The notes under the pieces: model-generated | Seen by the model: the letters and a program-made list of their open reading frames with translations, nothing else | Told to the model about the DNA's origin: nothing | The model's database searches: none | Translations under genes and position numbers: made by a program | Shown: one piece after another, positions 49,551-59,439 of the stretch | Position numbering within the stretch: the stretch's first letter is position 1 | Layout: each line of letters starts with the position of its first letter | Source of the DNA: an uncultured delta proteobacterium | Lineage (GTDB): Bacteria > Desulfobacterota > WTBG01 > CAIYCZ01 > CAIRTM01 | DNA: 64,000 nt | Assembly (NCBI GenBank): GCA_963804955.1 | Contig: CAWDSQ010000014.1 | Coordinates: 192,001 to 256,000, forward strand | Direction of reading: 5' to 3'

Positions 49551-50879
49551 CTATATGAACTTCATCTTCCTGGCTGCAAACATGAGCATGCTCAAAAGCA
49601 GTACACCATGACGCCAGCGCTGAATATTGGTGGTCCCGTAGGTCCGCTCTTTGTACTGGACCGGCAGTTCGACGATCTTCATACCCAAACTGCTTGCACC
49701 GAAAATAAGGTCGAAATCACCGAACGGGTCGAAATCACCGAAATATGACCGATGAGCAGCAATTTTCAGATAGTTCTCCCGGGACAATACTTTGGTTCCG
49801 CACAGCGTGTCTTTGAAACGCTGTCCGATGACAAAGGAAAAAGCCATCGCAAAAAATTTGTTTCCCAGAATATTCCAGAACCTCATTGCCTTTGCATCCA
49901 TCGGATACACAAGCCTGCTGCCATTGATGAATTCTCCCCTGTTCTCAACCAGCGCCCTATAAAATTTGGGCAGATCTTCGGGCATTACTGACAAATCGGC
50001 GTCAAGAATCATGAGTATCTCCCGGGAAGCCAGTTCGAAACCCGTTCGTACTGCGTCTCCCTTTCCGTGTCCGCCTTGCTGCGCTATGAGTATCTTTTTT
50101 ACGGAGGAGTATTTTTCTGCCATGTCCCCGATCACCTTCCAGGTGTCGTCAGTTGAATGACCTTCAACAAATATCAACTCGTCGTCGGGTCCCATGCGGG
50201 GAATTCTTTGAATAAGACTCTCGATAGTGCCCGCTTCGTTGCGGGCTGCAACAACAACGGAGACCGAGGGGGCCACAGGCGCCGTGTCTTTAATCAGAGG
50301 TCTGGCCACAAGGATGTTGACCATGGAAAAAAGCCGAAAAAAAGGCAATGGCGCAAGGTATCTGTTCAGAAGATTGCTCAGCAAGGGGACATACACGGGA
50401 CAAAGTATGTGTTGCCCCCGCCGTACAGTTTCAAAACCGGTCAAAAAAAGCAGATTATCGATGTCGTCGTGTGCTATCCAGTTTTGTTCGGGAGTCCGGC
50501 AGCGCAGGCGCAATTTAGTAGCAAGCCGGATTATCGGTCTCCATAAGCTGCTGTAATAGGTAATGATCAGTCGCGTTTGAGCAGTGCAGACCGTGTGCAA
50601 CTCCTGGAGCAAACATTGAATATCACTCTCATAATGCAGATTTCCATTTAAGAGCAAAAAATCGGGCTTGAATTTTCCAATATCCGGCAGCGATGTTATA
50701 CGTGCAACCGAATCCGGCAATTCCAGCGTCGAAGATTGCGGGGCATACACTGCCGCTAGCCGATCCGGGAACAATTTCAGAAGATGTCCGTGCTGGGGTA
50801 AAATCTCCACAACTGAAGACTTATGCCTGATAAAAAGAGCTATATACTTGCAGAGCAGTGCGTAGAAATAAGTTTTCAT
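49551..50879 (-). CDS. Glycosyltransferase family 2 (DPM1-like) with degenerate N-terminal methyltransferase-like domain
   Basis: VSVVVAARNEAG, EGHSTD, GKGDAV, ILDADL, DTLCGTK. Confidence 0.9.
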   Translation of the reverse strand: MKTYFYALLCKYIALFIRHKSSVVEILPQHGHLLKLFPDRLAAVYAPQSSTLELPDSVARITSLPDIGKFKPDFLLLNGNLHYESDIQCLLQELHTVCTAQTRLIITYYSSLWRPIIRLATKLRLRCRTPEQNWIAHDDIDNLLFLTGFETVRRGQHILCPVYVPLLSNLLNRYLAPLPFFRLFSMVNILVARPLIKDTAPVAPSVSVVVAARNEAGTIESLIQRIPRMGPDDELIFVEGHSTDDTWKVIGDMAEKYSSVKKILIAQQGGHGKGDAVRTGFELASREILMILDADLSVMPEDLPKFYRALVENRGEFINGSRLVYPMDAKAMRFWNILGNKFFAMAFSFVIGQRFKDTLCGTKVLSRENYLKIAAHRSYFGDFDPFGDFDLIFGASSLGMKIVELPVQYKERTYGTTNIQRWRHGVLLLSMLMFAARKMKFI

Positions 50880-50978
50880 ATCTTTTTAGAAGTCTCGAAA
50901 AAATTGTTTTAAAACCTTTTTAGTGGGCTGTGACATTTAAAATTAACAGTTAGTCTCCAGCCCCTTCATCCCCTTCAA

Positions 50979-51809
50979 TTAGGGAGATGAGAAAAAACAA
51001 GCCTCCCACTCCCCTTGGGGAGAGGGTTGGGGTGAGGGGCGCCAAAATAAATTGTCCCAGTCCACTAGTAGAAATGCGACCTGATTTTTTGTTGCAAGGA
51101 GCGTGTAGTAGTCTTTTTCTTTAAATCCGAGCAAGCTGTCGGAATATTCAACAAGCTTTCTTCCACTCACAATATACAGAAAAAAATTATGGCCGCATAG
51201 CATATCGATTACTGCCTGATACGTTGTTCCCGCCTCGCGCAATCCATACGGCCATAATTCCATGAGTATGGTCAGTTGCGGATTGGCGCGCAGCGTTTGC
51301 TGCATTCCCATAAGCGCCTTATATTCATGACCCTGAATGTCCATTTTGATAAAATCGACCGGCTTTCCCTGTAAAAATGAATCCAGGGAAAAGCAGGCTA
51401 CTTGTTGCTTTATTCTGTTTTCAGCCGTGGGATGGGTCCTGTGATCGACGTTCAAATCGGTGGAGATATATAAATCAACAACTCCGGTTTTGTCGCTTAT
51501 GGCGGCCTGGTGGGCTGTAACCATGGACAGGCGCCGGGTAAACTTCTGAAGAAACGCGAAGTTGCGGGGGTGAGGTTCGAACGCGTGTACTTCCCCGGCG
51601 GGGCCGGTGAGCTTTGCAAGCAGCCGTGTATAGACACCGATGTTTGCCCCTATGTCAACGACCCTGTCTCCCGCGTTGACGAATCGTCGTAAGAGCGACA
51701 TGCTGCCGCTGTCGCTGATGCGCTTATAGAGCAGATACAATGGATAATACAGCCAGAAAGCATGGGTATAGGCCATATTGGCCAGGCGAAAAAGCGGATA
51801 GGTTTTCAT
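50979..51809 (-). CDS. FkbM family methyltransferase
   Basis: VDIGANIGVYT, AFEP, FIKMDIQGHE. Confidence 0.92.
   Translation of the reverse strand: MKTYPLFRLANMAYTHAFWLYYPLYLLYKRISDSGSMSLLRRFVNAGDRVVDIGANIGVYTRLLAKLTGPAGEVHAFEPHPRNFAFLQKFTRRLSMVTAHQAAISDKTGVVDLYISTDLNVDHRTHPTAENRIKQQVACFSLDSFLQGKPVDFIKMDIQGHEYKALMGMQQTLRANPQLTILMELWPYGLREAGTTYQAVIDMLCGHNFFLYIVSGRKLVEYSDSLLGFKEKDYYTLLATKNQVAFLLVDWDNLFWRPSPQPSPQGEWEACFFSSP
51002..51041. repeat. CCCTCACCC..CCCTCTCCC..GGG-type palindromic repeat inside the FkbM 3' end
   Basis: CCTCCCACTCCCCTTGGGGAGAGGGTTGGGGTGAGGGG, read as PSPQPSPQGEWE. Confidence 0.7.
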
Positions 51810-51810
51810 G

Positions 51811-53424
51811 TTATTGGCAGAACCCCCACGGCCGTCTGCCGTATTCTTTCAAGAGAATTTTCATGTTTTGCGGAAGATGCGGCATGTAGAAACGCCAGTA
51901 TATCCTGGAAGAAATACCCCTGGGATCATTAAGAACCGGGCCAAAAGTCACCGCTGAATTCCCTAAAACAGCTATCACCAGCAGGGCATTCAAAAACCAT
52001 TTTCGATACTGCCTTGCTGGGGAGCTTTTAAGTTCCTGAAATACGCGGGTCAGGTAAAACAGCAAAACGACGAATATGGGTTGATAAATGCGGGCGATCC
52101 AGTTTCCGCCCATCCACCATACACCGCGCGGTGGAGGGCAATTGATAAGCAGAAAGACTAAACCAATGCTGACCAGCACGCATATTTCCGGGAGAGTTAA
52201 ACGCACTTTAGCAATACAGGCGGCAATAATGAACAGTATCGGTAAAAAGAGAAAACAGGAAAAAAAGAAATTGGCAATCAGGTTCTCAGGTAATTTTTTT
52301 ATTGTTTCAACCCACTGCTCAAAGGGTGCAGGATTGAAATAGCTATCCGGAACATTGCCATACATGTCGGTATTAATGCTTGCAAACGAACTGCCCAGGC
52401 AGTAGTGCAGCACAACCCACCACAGTGCAACAAAGAGCAGCATGCCGAACAGTGCTGCAGGGATCCGCCGGTACTGTTTTCTGACCAAAAGCATCATAAC
52501 CGCAGCAGGACCAAAATAGGTCATAAAATCATATCCGGCAAACAGCAGTCCCATGCCTATCGAAACAATCCACACGCTGCGGGCGCACATGTCTTTATCC
52601 AGTTTCCATAAAAGCATATACAACCACAAACAACCGGGAACTATCAGCGAGTATACGAAGGGTTGCCCTGCGTAATACGCAATTCCGGGGTATACCGCCA
52701 ACAGCCATAAACCGGCTATTGCACCGGCTTCACCGCTCGTCCTGAGAGAGAACACTGCAAAGCTTGAAAATGCAAGCACCGTGAGCAGAAAATTCGTTAT
52801 GATGCCGCCCAGGTCATGTTCAAAAATTTTCATAAAGGGATAAGCAATAATATTATAGAGGATCCGGCGAAGTACTACACTGGACTCCCAGGTTTGTTTG
52901 GGCTTTCCATCCAGTAGAAAAAACAACGGGACAAAATACTTATAATCTCCGTTATACAAATAATGGCATTCTGGTTCGACAAACGGAAAATGGTATTCCG
53001 GTGGCAATATAAACGTGTTGGCATAGGGAGAAAGCGTTCCTGTTGACAGGTAGATCGCTGCACTGAGAACCGTTAGGGAGCAAAAAAAATGAACTTTAAA
53101 CCGCAGGGACGTCTTTTGGAAATAAAAAAAAAGTCTTTCGGCTGTTTGAAACAGCGATTGGCGTACGGCAACCTGCAGAAGACATAAGAACAATAAAAGC
53201 AGACACATCCACGAATTCAACCGAAAAACCGTTCTGCTTCTCTGGTAAATAGCCGATGGCTCGTTTGAACAAAACTGTATAAATCCAAACAACGCGATTT
53301 CAAGGGCGATAAAAAATACAAAGACCATTACTACAGTTCTTTCGGAACGGAAACCCCGTAGTGTATGGCTGCTTTGCAGCATTGGGTCATTTGTCGAAGC
53401 TGAAAAACCAGAGATCCAACGCAT
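51811..53424 (-). CDS. Polytopic membrane protein, possible GT-C glycosyltransferase
   Basis: Many TM segments, periplasmic loop with NGD/RRIL; co-oriented with FkbM and GT2. Confidence 0.6.
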   Translation of the reverse strand: MRWISGFSASTNDPMLQSSHTLRGFRSERTVVMVFVFFIALEIALFGFIQFCSNEPSAIYQRSRTVFRLNSWMCLLLLFLCLLQVAVRQSLFQTAERLFFYFQKTSLRFKVHFFCSLTVLSAAIYLSTGTLSPYANTFILPPEYHFPFVEPECHYLYNGDYKYFVPLFFLLDGKPKQTWESSVVLRRILYNIIAYPFMKIFEHDLGGIITNFLLTVLAFSSFAVFSLRTSGEAGAIAGLWLLAVYPGIAYYAGQPFVYSLIVPGCLWLYMLLWKLDKDMCARSVWIVSIGMGLLFAGYDFMTYFGPAAVMMLLVRKQYRRIPAALFGMLLFVALWWVVLHYCLGSSFASINTDMYGNVPDSYFNPAPFEQWVETIKKLPENLIANFFFSCFLFLPILFIIAACIAKVRLTLPEICVLVSIGLVFLLINCPPPRGVWWMGGNWIARIYQPIFVVLLFYLTRVFQELKSSPARQYRKWFLNALLVIAVLGNSAVTFGPVLNDPRGISSRIYWRFYMPHLPQNMKILLKEYGRRPWGFCQ

Positions 53425-53561
53425 GGGGCCCCATTTCCCGAAAAGAATAATTTTATTTTTACCGATTTATAATGTATTATTCTGCTAAATGCAAGTGATA
53501 CCATCTGTGATCAAGATGTTTCCACGTAAAACACAATTACTATTTATATAAAGTTCTTAAT

Positions 53562-54287
53562 ATGGATACCCGCTTACAGAATGAGATCGAGCATGGAAAG
53601 TACCTTGCAGGTGAAGGTGCAGGTGAAGTCTGGAACTGGGAATCACCGGCTGGCAAACTTCGCTGGCAGAGAAGAGTGAAGATGCTTACAGCGCATTTGA
53701 AATCATCGGATAAAGTATTGGAAATCGGATGCGGAACCGGATATTTCACGAAAGAAATTGTAAAAACAAGTGCCGAAGTTACAGCTATTGATATTTCTCC
53801 TGAGTTACTCGAAATCGCCAAACTCGAAATCACTGAAACCAATGTAAAATTCAGGCTTGATAATGCCTATGATCTGAGTTTTGATGATTGCAGTTTTGAT
53901 TCAATAGTAGGGAGTTCGGTGCTTCATCACCTGGAAATTGTAAAAGCGATCAGCGAAATGTTCCGGGTTCTGAAACCTGGTGGCAGCATGTTTTTCACCG
54001 AACCCAACATGATCAACCCACAAATCGCGCTTCAAAAGAATATTCCTGCGTTGAAACGCAAACTCGGCGACTCGCCTGATGAAACGGCCTTTTTCCGCTG
54101 GTCATTGAAAAAACTCATGAATAAAACCGGGTTTACCGAAATCATCATCAAGCCTTTTGATTTTCTTCATCCTGCATTATTTCCTTCGCTCATACCATTT
54201 ATTGCATCGCTGGGTGAAACTATAGAAAAAATTCCTTTACTGAAGGAAATCGCGGGGTCACTCTACATTACTGCAAAGAAGCCTTAA
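53562..54287 (+). CDS. Class I SAM-dependent methyltransferase
   Basis: VLEIGCGTG, IDISP, SVLHHL, RVLKPGG. Confidence 0.93.
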   Translation: MDTRLQNEIEHGKYLAGEGAGEVWNWESPAGKLRWQRRVKMLTAHLKSSDKVLEIGCGTGYFTKEIVKTSAEVTAIDISPELLEIAKLEITETNVKFRLDNAYDLSFDDCSFDSIVGSSVLHHLEIVKAISEMFRVLKPGGSMFFTEPNMINPQIALQKNIPALKRKLGDSPDETAFFRWSLKKLMNKTGFTEIIIKPFDFLHPALFPSLIPFIASLGETIEKIPLLKEIAGSLYITAKKP

Positions 54288-54504
54288 ACTGCTATTTTTC
54301 TTAAAATACCTGTAAATATATCGATATTCTTCTCCTTCACCTGTATATCGTTTTGCCGCCTTTTTTGAACAGTTTTTCAGATTTTTAGCGGGTATTTTTC
54401 GTATAATTTTTTTTGACTCTGAGGGGTATGATTGGTACGTGGATTCCCAACGAAAGGCAATTTAAGCCCCTTAATACTGTTACAGAACTGTTAAAGGAAT
54501 TTAT

Positions 54505-54549
54505 AAAAAAACGAGCACATGGAAGGCTTTCCCATGTGCTCGTTTTTTT
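54505..54549. terminator. Bidirectional Rho-independent terminator at the tRNA 3' end
   Basis: A7-CGAGCACATGG...CCATGTGCTCG-T7. Confidence 0.88.
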
Positions 54550-54557
54550 ATGTTAAA

Positions 54558-54634
54558 TGGCGGGCGATATGCGACTCGAACGCACGACCTTTGGCTTCGG
54601 AGGCCAACACTCTATCCAGCTGAGCTAATCGCCC
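54558..54634 (-). tRNA. tRNA-Arg (anticodon CCG)
   Basis: GGGCGATTAGCTCAGCTGGATAGAGTG-TTGGC-CTCCGAA-GCCAA-AGGTCGTGCGTTCGAGTCGCATATCGCCCGCCA; cloverleaf with encoded CCA. Confidence 0.97.
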
Positions 54635-54659
54635 GTGTTATGTGATGCAACCGGCTGAA

Positions 54660-54688
54660 GTTATACTGTGTTAAGGGCCGGATGTCAA
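54660..54688 (-). promoter_or_regulatory. Sigma-70 promoter of tRNA-Arg
   Basis: TTGACA-17 nt-TATAAC. Confidence 0.8.
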
Positions 54689-54733
54689 CCCGTGTTGTGG
54701 AAGCGGGCTGCACCGGCGCGGTAACCATAAAGA

Positions 54734-54768
54734 GAAAAAGGGGGCTTGCTGTGCGCAACCCCCTTTTC
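54734..54768 (-). terminator. Terminator after the upstream hypothetical gene
   Basis: GAAAAAGGGGG...CCCCCTTTTC stem-loop. Confidence 0.65.
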
Positions 54769-54785
54769 AAACAGTCGGAAAAAAC

Positions 54786-55960
54786 TTACTTCTTCATGCT
54801 GACAATGATCTCGGTCGTCTTGGCGCCCTTGGCGATATGCGACTTAATCTTGAAGGATGCCTTCTTGTCGGTCCTGGTTGCCTTCAGAACATTGGCAATA
54901 AAATCTTCGTCCATGGCGGCAAGGTCTGCCTTGTAGGCAGGGGGCGCCTGCAGCATGTCGCCGACCTGCACAAAGGGGTCAGCCGCAGCGGTCAGGGTAA
55001 CGGTGCCGTCGGCATTTTGGGTCTGCGTGAAGGCAATGTATTTCTTCTTTTCGCAGTACGCGATAATGGAAGCGATGTCTTCGGCGGTCTTGATCTTGCC
55101 GATTTCCAGATCAAGCTTGGCATCTTTCACCCACATCTTGGGGAAGGTCTGCCACAGCTTCAGATAGATTTCCTTTGCCTTGGGCTTTACGTTCAGGAAC
55201 AGCTGCAGCCAGGCAAGAAAATCGACAGCGAAAAATCCAAGGAATGAGCCCGGGCCCTGCTCCTCGAAGGTGCGCTTCTGTTTTTTCAGAATATAGGCCA
55301 CCGGCTCCTGATTGCCCATTTCAAGGTCGATGAACCTTCTTTCGACTTCAGGCAGGGGCAGATCGGGATTGGCGGCGCGGGTGCGCAGAATGATCTGACA
55401 GGCGCAGGCTGCGCCGTCGCGGCAGCGGCCGGAGGGCAGCTCGACAAGGATTTCTTCCTTGAGGCCGACCTTCTTGGCTTTCTCGATCAGCTCCCAGATA
55501 TACACATAGGTCAGGTACACTTCCTGCCGGTAATAGTCATGGCGGCAATAGGTGCAGTCTGCCGGGCCGTAGGCCGGATTTGCGCACCACTGCACATGGC
55601 CCACATGCTCGGTTTCCGTATTGCGGCGGGTAATGTACAGCGCGGGCACGCCGATAAAGCAGTCTTCGACAATGCGGCCAAGGGTGGGCAGGTCTTTTAC
55701 TTCCTTGAGGCCGAACTTTGCCATGGCGCCGTCAAAGGACATGTCGGCCAGAGCGCTGCCCAGACATTGCCGTAATATTTCAGGCCGTCCTTCTCGCCCA
55801 GGGCGGGCTTGAAAGTGTTCCAGATATAGTAGACATGCCCGAACAGAGACTTGAGTGCCTCTACCGTCAGGTCCTTCAGGCTCATTTTCAGGGCCTTGGC
55901 ATGGGCATCCATGAACGGAAGAAACGGTGAGGGTGCTGATTTTGCTGCTTTGGTTGCCAT
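54786..55960 (-). CDS. Hypothetical two-domain protein (DUF6125/V4R-like repeat), frameshift near 55745
   Basis: ORFs 55697-55960 and 54786-55742 join (NVWAAL-ADMSFDG); strong RBS and consensus promoter; internal duplication (LKEVKDLPTLGRI / IGKIKTAEDIASI). Confidence 0.6.
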
Positions 55961-56042
55961 GAAACTCTCCTTCAGTAAATAAGGTTTATAGGGTTATATG
56001 CTGTAGTACGCGTCCAGGAAAAAGCCTGTGCGGCACATATCT

Positions 56043-56072
56043 ATTATATAAATCTCGGCTTGCCATTGTCAA
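56043..56072 (-). promoter_or_regulatory. Sigma-70 promoter
   Basis: TTGACA-18 nt-TATAAT, both hexamers consensus. Confidence 0.75.
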
Positions 56073-56149
56073 ACAAAAACGAGCTTCTATAGGCTTCCGA
56101 ACCATTGCACGGGCGGGGGTTGCCGCATGCTGCAGTGCTGCCGCCGGCA

Positions 56150-56580
56150 TCAGCCCTGCTCGGTGATCACGATGCCCTTTTCCTTCACGAAACACGCCGA
56201 ATTTCTGGTCAATCTGCTGAATGTGCTTGATCAGCCAGTTGCCGAGAAACGTATTGACGGCAGTCTGCAAGAATCTGGGTGGGGCCGTCTTCTTCAAAAT
56301 CCCGCACCAGGTCAGTGAGCGTGCCCCGCAACTCCTCGTGCTTCTGCAGGTGCTCTGCAAGCCCGGGATAGCTATGCGCGGTCATGTGCTTCTCTTCCGT
56401 GGCGAAGTGAAAATGCGTATAGTCGATCAGAAAGCCCAGCGTCATGGCGATCTGCCGCTGAGCCCCATGTTCGGCAATGGCAGCTGATAAAGCATTAAAC
56501 CGGTCTATCCACGTTTTATGCTGCTCATCGATCAAGGCTATGCCGACGGACAAAGTTTCATTCCATACCAGTTTTTCCAT
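56150..56580 (-). CDS. Bacteriohemerythrin (two apparent frameshifts near 56265 and 56190)
   Basis: W...LSVG...IDEQHK, HFATEE, YP...H...H, then WLIKHIQQIDQKF in the next frame. Confidence 0.88.
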
Positions 56581-56786
56581 GACGTATTCCTCCCTAGTGC
56601 ACAAGCATCGCAAAATGTCGTTTGGTTTTTACAAAAGCATCCCCGACTGCCTCTTAAAAGAAAGAAACCACAAAACAACAAAAAAGAAAAGCATGAATTT
56701 TTAAGCCTGCGTGCTGAGCGGCCATGCCCCGGCAGGCAGGGGAAAAGCGCGGGTAAACCCCTGCCCTGTTTTTTTCATACACGGGC

Positions 56787-56840
56787 TTGACAGGACCGGC
56801 AGTTTCAGATATATTTTAGTTGTATATACAACTAAAATAT
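56787..56840 (+). promoter_or_regulatory. Sigma-70 promoter of aor overlapped by a 30-bp perfect palindrome (GntR/HutC-like operator core)
   Basis: TTGACA-17 nt-TATATT; ATATTTTAGTTGTAT|ATACAACTAAAATAT at 56811-56840. Confidence 0.75.
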
Positions 56841-56997
56841 ACGGGCGCGCTCTGCCCCCGTGCCCTGAAACGCAAAGCCGCTCCCTGCAGGGCATTGATC
56901 CGAAACAGGTGGATATCTGCAGGATACGTTCTTTTAAAAACACCGGGCAATGTCAACGGGCAATAAAAACTCTTTTACTCTACGTGAGGAGAAAGTC

Positions 56998-58940
56998 ATG
57001 GCACAAAGCGTTTACGGATGGCAGGGAAAAATACTGCGGGTTAATCTAACAACAAAACAGATCAGCGAAGAGCCCCTGTCCGAGGAGCTGCGGCGCGGCT
57101 ATATCGGCGGCGCGGGCATCAATGCGCGGCTGCTCTACGAGAGCCTCAAGGACAAAATCAATACCGACCCGCTGTCGCCGGACAACCCGCTCATCTTCGG
57201 CTTCGGCATTCTTGCCGGCACCATCCTTTCCCTGCTGTTCCCGCTTTACCGTCACCGCCAAAAGTCCGGTCACCGGCATTTTCGGCGATTCAAACGCCGG
57301 CGGCTTTTTCCCGGCCCGCGTGAAGCAGGCTGGCTATGACCATATCGTTATAACCGGCAAAGCAGAAAAGCCTTCGTCTTCTGCTCATTGAAAAAGGCAA
57401 AAAGCCTGAAATCGTCGATGCCGCAGACCTCTGGGGCCTTGATTCCTATGAAACCGATACGAAAATTCAGGAGCGCTTCGGCAAATGCGAATCCGCGCGC
57501 ATCGGACCGGCAGGGGAACATCTCGTGCGGTATGCAAATATTTATTCCGGCACGAGCCGCATCAGCTGCAATGGCAAGACGGGCATGGGCTGCGTCATGG
57601 GCTCAAAAAACTTGAAGGCCGTCATTGTCAAAGGCACGGGAGAGGTGCCGGTTGCCGATGAAAAAGCCTTTGAAGAGCTTGCAAAAACATACCGCGACCT
57701 GTGGGCCGGCCATGTGACCTATTCCCATAAAGAATACGGCTCCCTCATGCTCATCGCGCAAACCAGCGATCAGACGCGCATTAATAACCAGCAGGTTCGC
57801 ATCACGCCCGAGCAGATTGAAAAATATGATATTCTTGCGCTGGTTGAGAAATACAAAAAAGGCCAAACAGCCTGCTACCGCTGCCCCGTGGCCTGCACCA
57901 TAAAATGGGAGGTTGATGAGGGGCCCTATAAAGGGGAAAAATCCGATAAGCTCGAGTTCGGCCACTATACCAATATGGGGCCGCTGCTGGGCATATTCGA
58001 CTTCCCCTCCCTTGTGCATATCTCCGACAAGCTTAACCGCCTGGGCATGGACTGCATCACCTTCGGCTGGATCATGGCCATGGCCATGGAGTGCTGGCAG
58101 CGCGGCATACTGACGGCGGAAGAGACAGGCGGCATCGAATTCAACTGGGGCGATGTGGCAGTGGTGTCGAAAATGCTCGACATGATCAGCCGCCGCGAGG
58201 GCTTTGGCAATGTGCTGGCCGACAGCATGCCCATGATCCTCAAAAAACTGAAGCCCGAGGCCGCTGACTACGGCTTTCACATCAAAGGTCTGTCATTCTC
58301 CTACAACTGCACCCAGGCCGTGGCAATGAGCCTTGCTTCATCGGTTGCCACCCGCGGCGCCGACCATCTCAAGGGCCATCCCTTCCCGGCCATGATCGGC
58401 ATTGAAGAAATGCTTGAGCGGGCCCTGGGCAAAGACCTGCCGCCGGAAATTCTCGTGCATTCAAGCCCCGTTGCCAAGGGCCGCGTCGTGTGGTGGAGCG
58501 AAAACTACAAAATGCTCATGGACAGCCTCGGCATCTGCTTCATTCCCATCGTGGCATCGGATGTTTTCGGTGAACCGCTGGTGCTGTTTAAGGAATTAGG
58601 CGAAATGTATCAGGCTGCTACCGGCCTTGATCCCGCAGACCTTTTTGAAGCTTCCGAGCGCGCCTACCAGATCGAGAAATGCTTTAATGCGCTTCTCGGG
58701 ATTTCCCGTAAGGACGATTATCGCAGCGGCACGCGCCGGGGCGAGGAAGATCCGATTCATCACCCCGGCATGCTGGCTGAATATTACCGGTACCGGGGCT
58801 GCTCGGAAGACGGCCTGCCTACGGACAAGCGTCTGCGCGAAGTGGGCCTTGCGGATGAGGCCGGATTTCTTGAGCAGCACGGCTGCCTGGGCAAAAGCGA
58901 CTGCCCGAAAATTGAAGAGCTGGCGCCCCCGCAGGTTTAG
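56998..58940 (+). CDS. aor: Aldehyde:ferredoxin oxidoreductase (W/Mo-bis-pterin AOR family), frameshifts near 57228 and 57375
   Basis: [59 protein letters not shown] across three frames. Confidence 0.92.
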
Positions 58941-58975
58941 AGACCAGGGGTCGAGATTCAGGAGTCAGGGATCGA

Positions 58976-58998
58976 GTAGGGGCGCGGTACCCGCGCCC
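58976..58998 (+). repeat. GTAG-type REP
   Basis: GTAG-GGGCGCGG-TAC-CCGCGCCC. Confidence 0.7.
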
Positions 58999-59021
58999 GG
59001 CTCACTTAAGCAGGAGTTGTC

Positions 59022-59258
59022 ATGCGGATAACGATCAAGCTCTATTCAATGCTGCGCAGCTATCTTAAAGATGGCGAAAACGGCGTGGGCATTCTGGAGG
59101 TTTCCGACGGAGCAAAAATAGCCGACGTGGCGGCATCGCTCGGCATTCCTGAAAAGATACCCAAAATTACACTGGTAAACGGCGAGCAAAAAAGCCTGAG
59201 CGAACCCCTTGCCGAGGGCGACACCCTAAGCGTCTTTCCGCCCATGGCTGGAGGGTAA
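59022..59258 (+). CDS. MoaD/ThiS family sulfur carrier
   Basis: VNG, GD.LSVFPPMAGG C-terminus; follows aor. Confidence 0.93.
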   Translation: MRITIKLYSMLRSYLKDGENGVGILEVSDGAKIADVAASLGIPEKIPKITLVNGEQKSLSEPLAEGDTLSVFPPMAGG

Positions 59259-59439
59259 TCGCTTCAGCCCGAGCATGAATCCAGACACGAAGATGATCTC
59301 TCCCGCATTGCCGGGTATGAGGCCGAAATAGTTGTGAGGGATGCCGGCGCTGATCAGCATAAGCATGCTTGTTATAAACAGGCCGGGCCACCCTGTTTTT
59401 CGCCAGATAAGGATTGCGGCGGCAATCGAAAAAAATCCG

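Noticed and set aside
56841..56997. Moco/tungsten riboswitch upstream of aor
   Set aside because: Could not find the conserved motif elements by eye; needs an Infernal search
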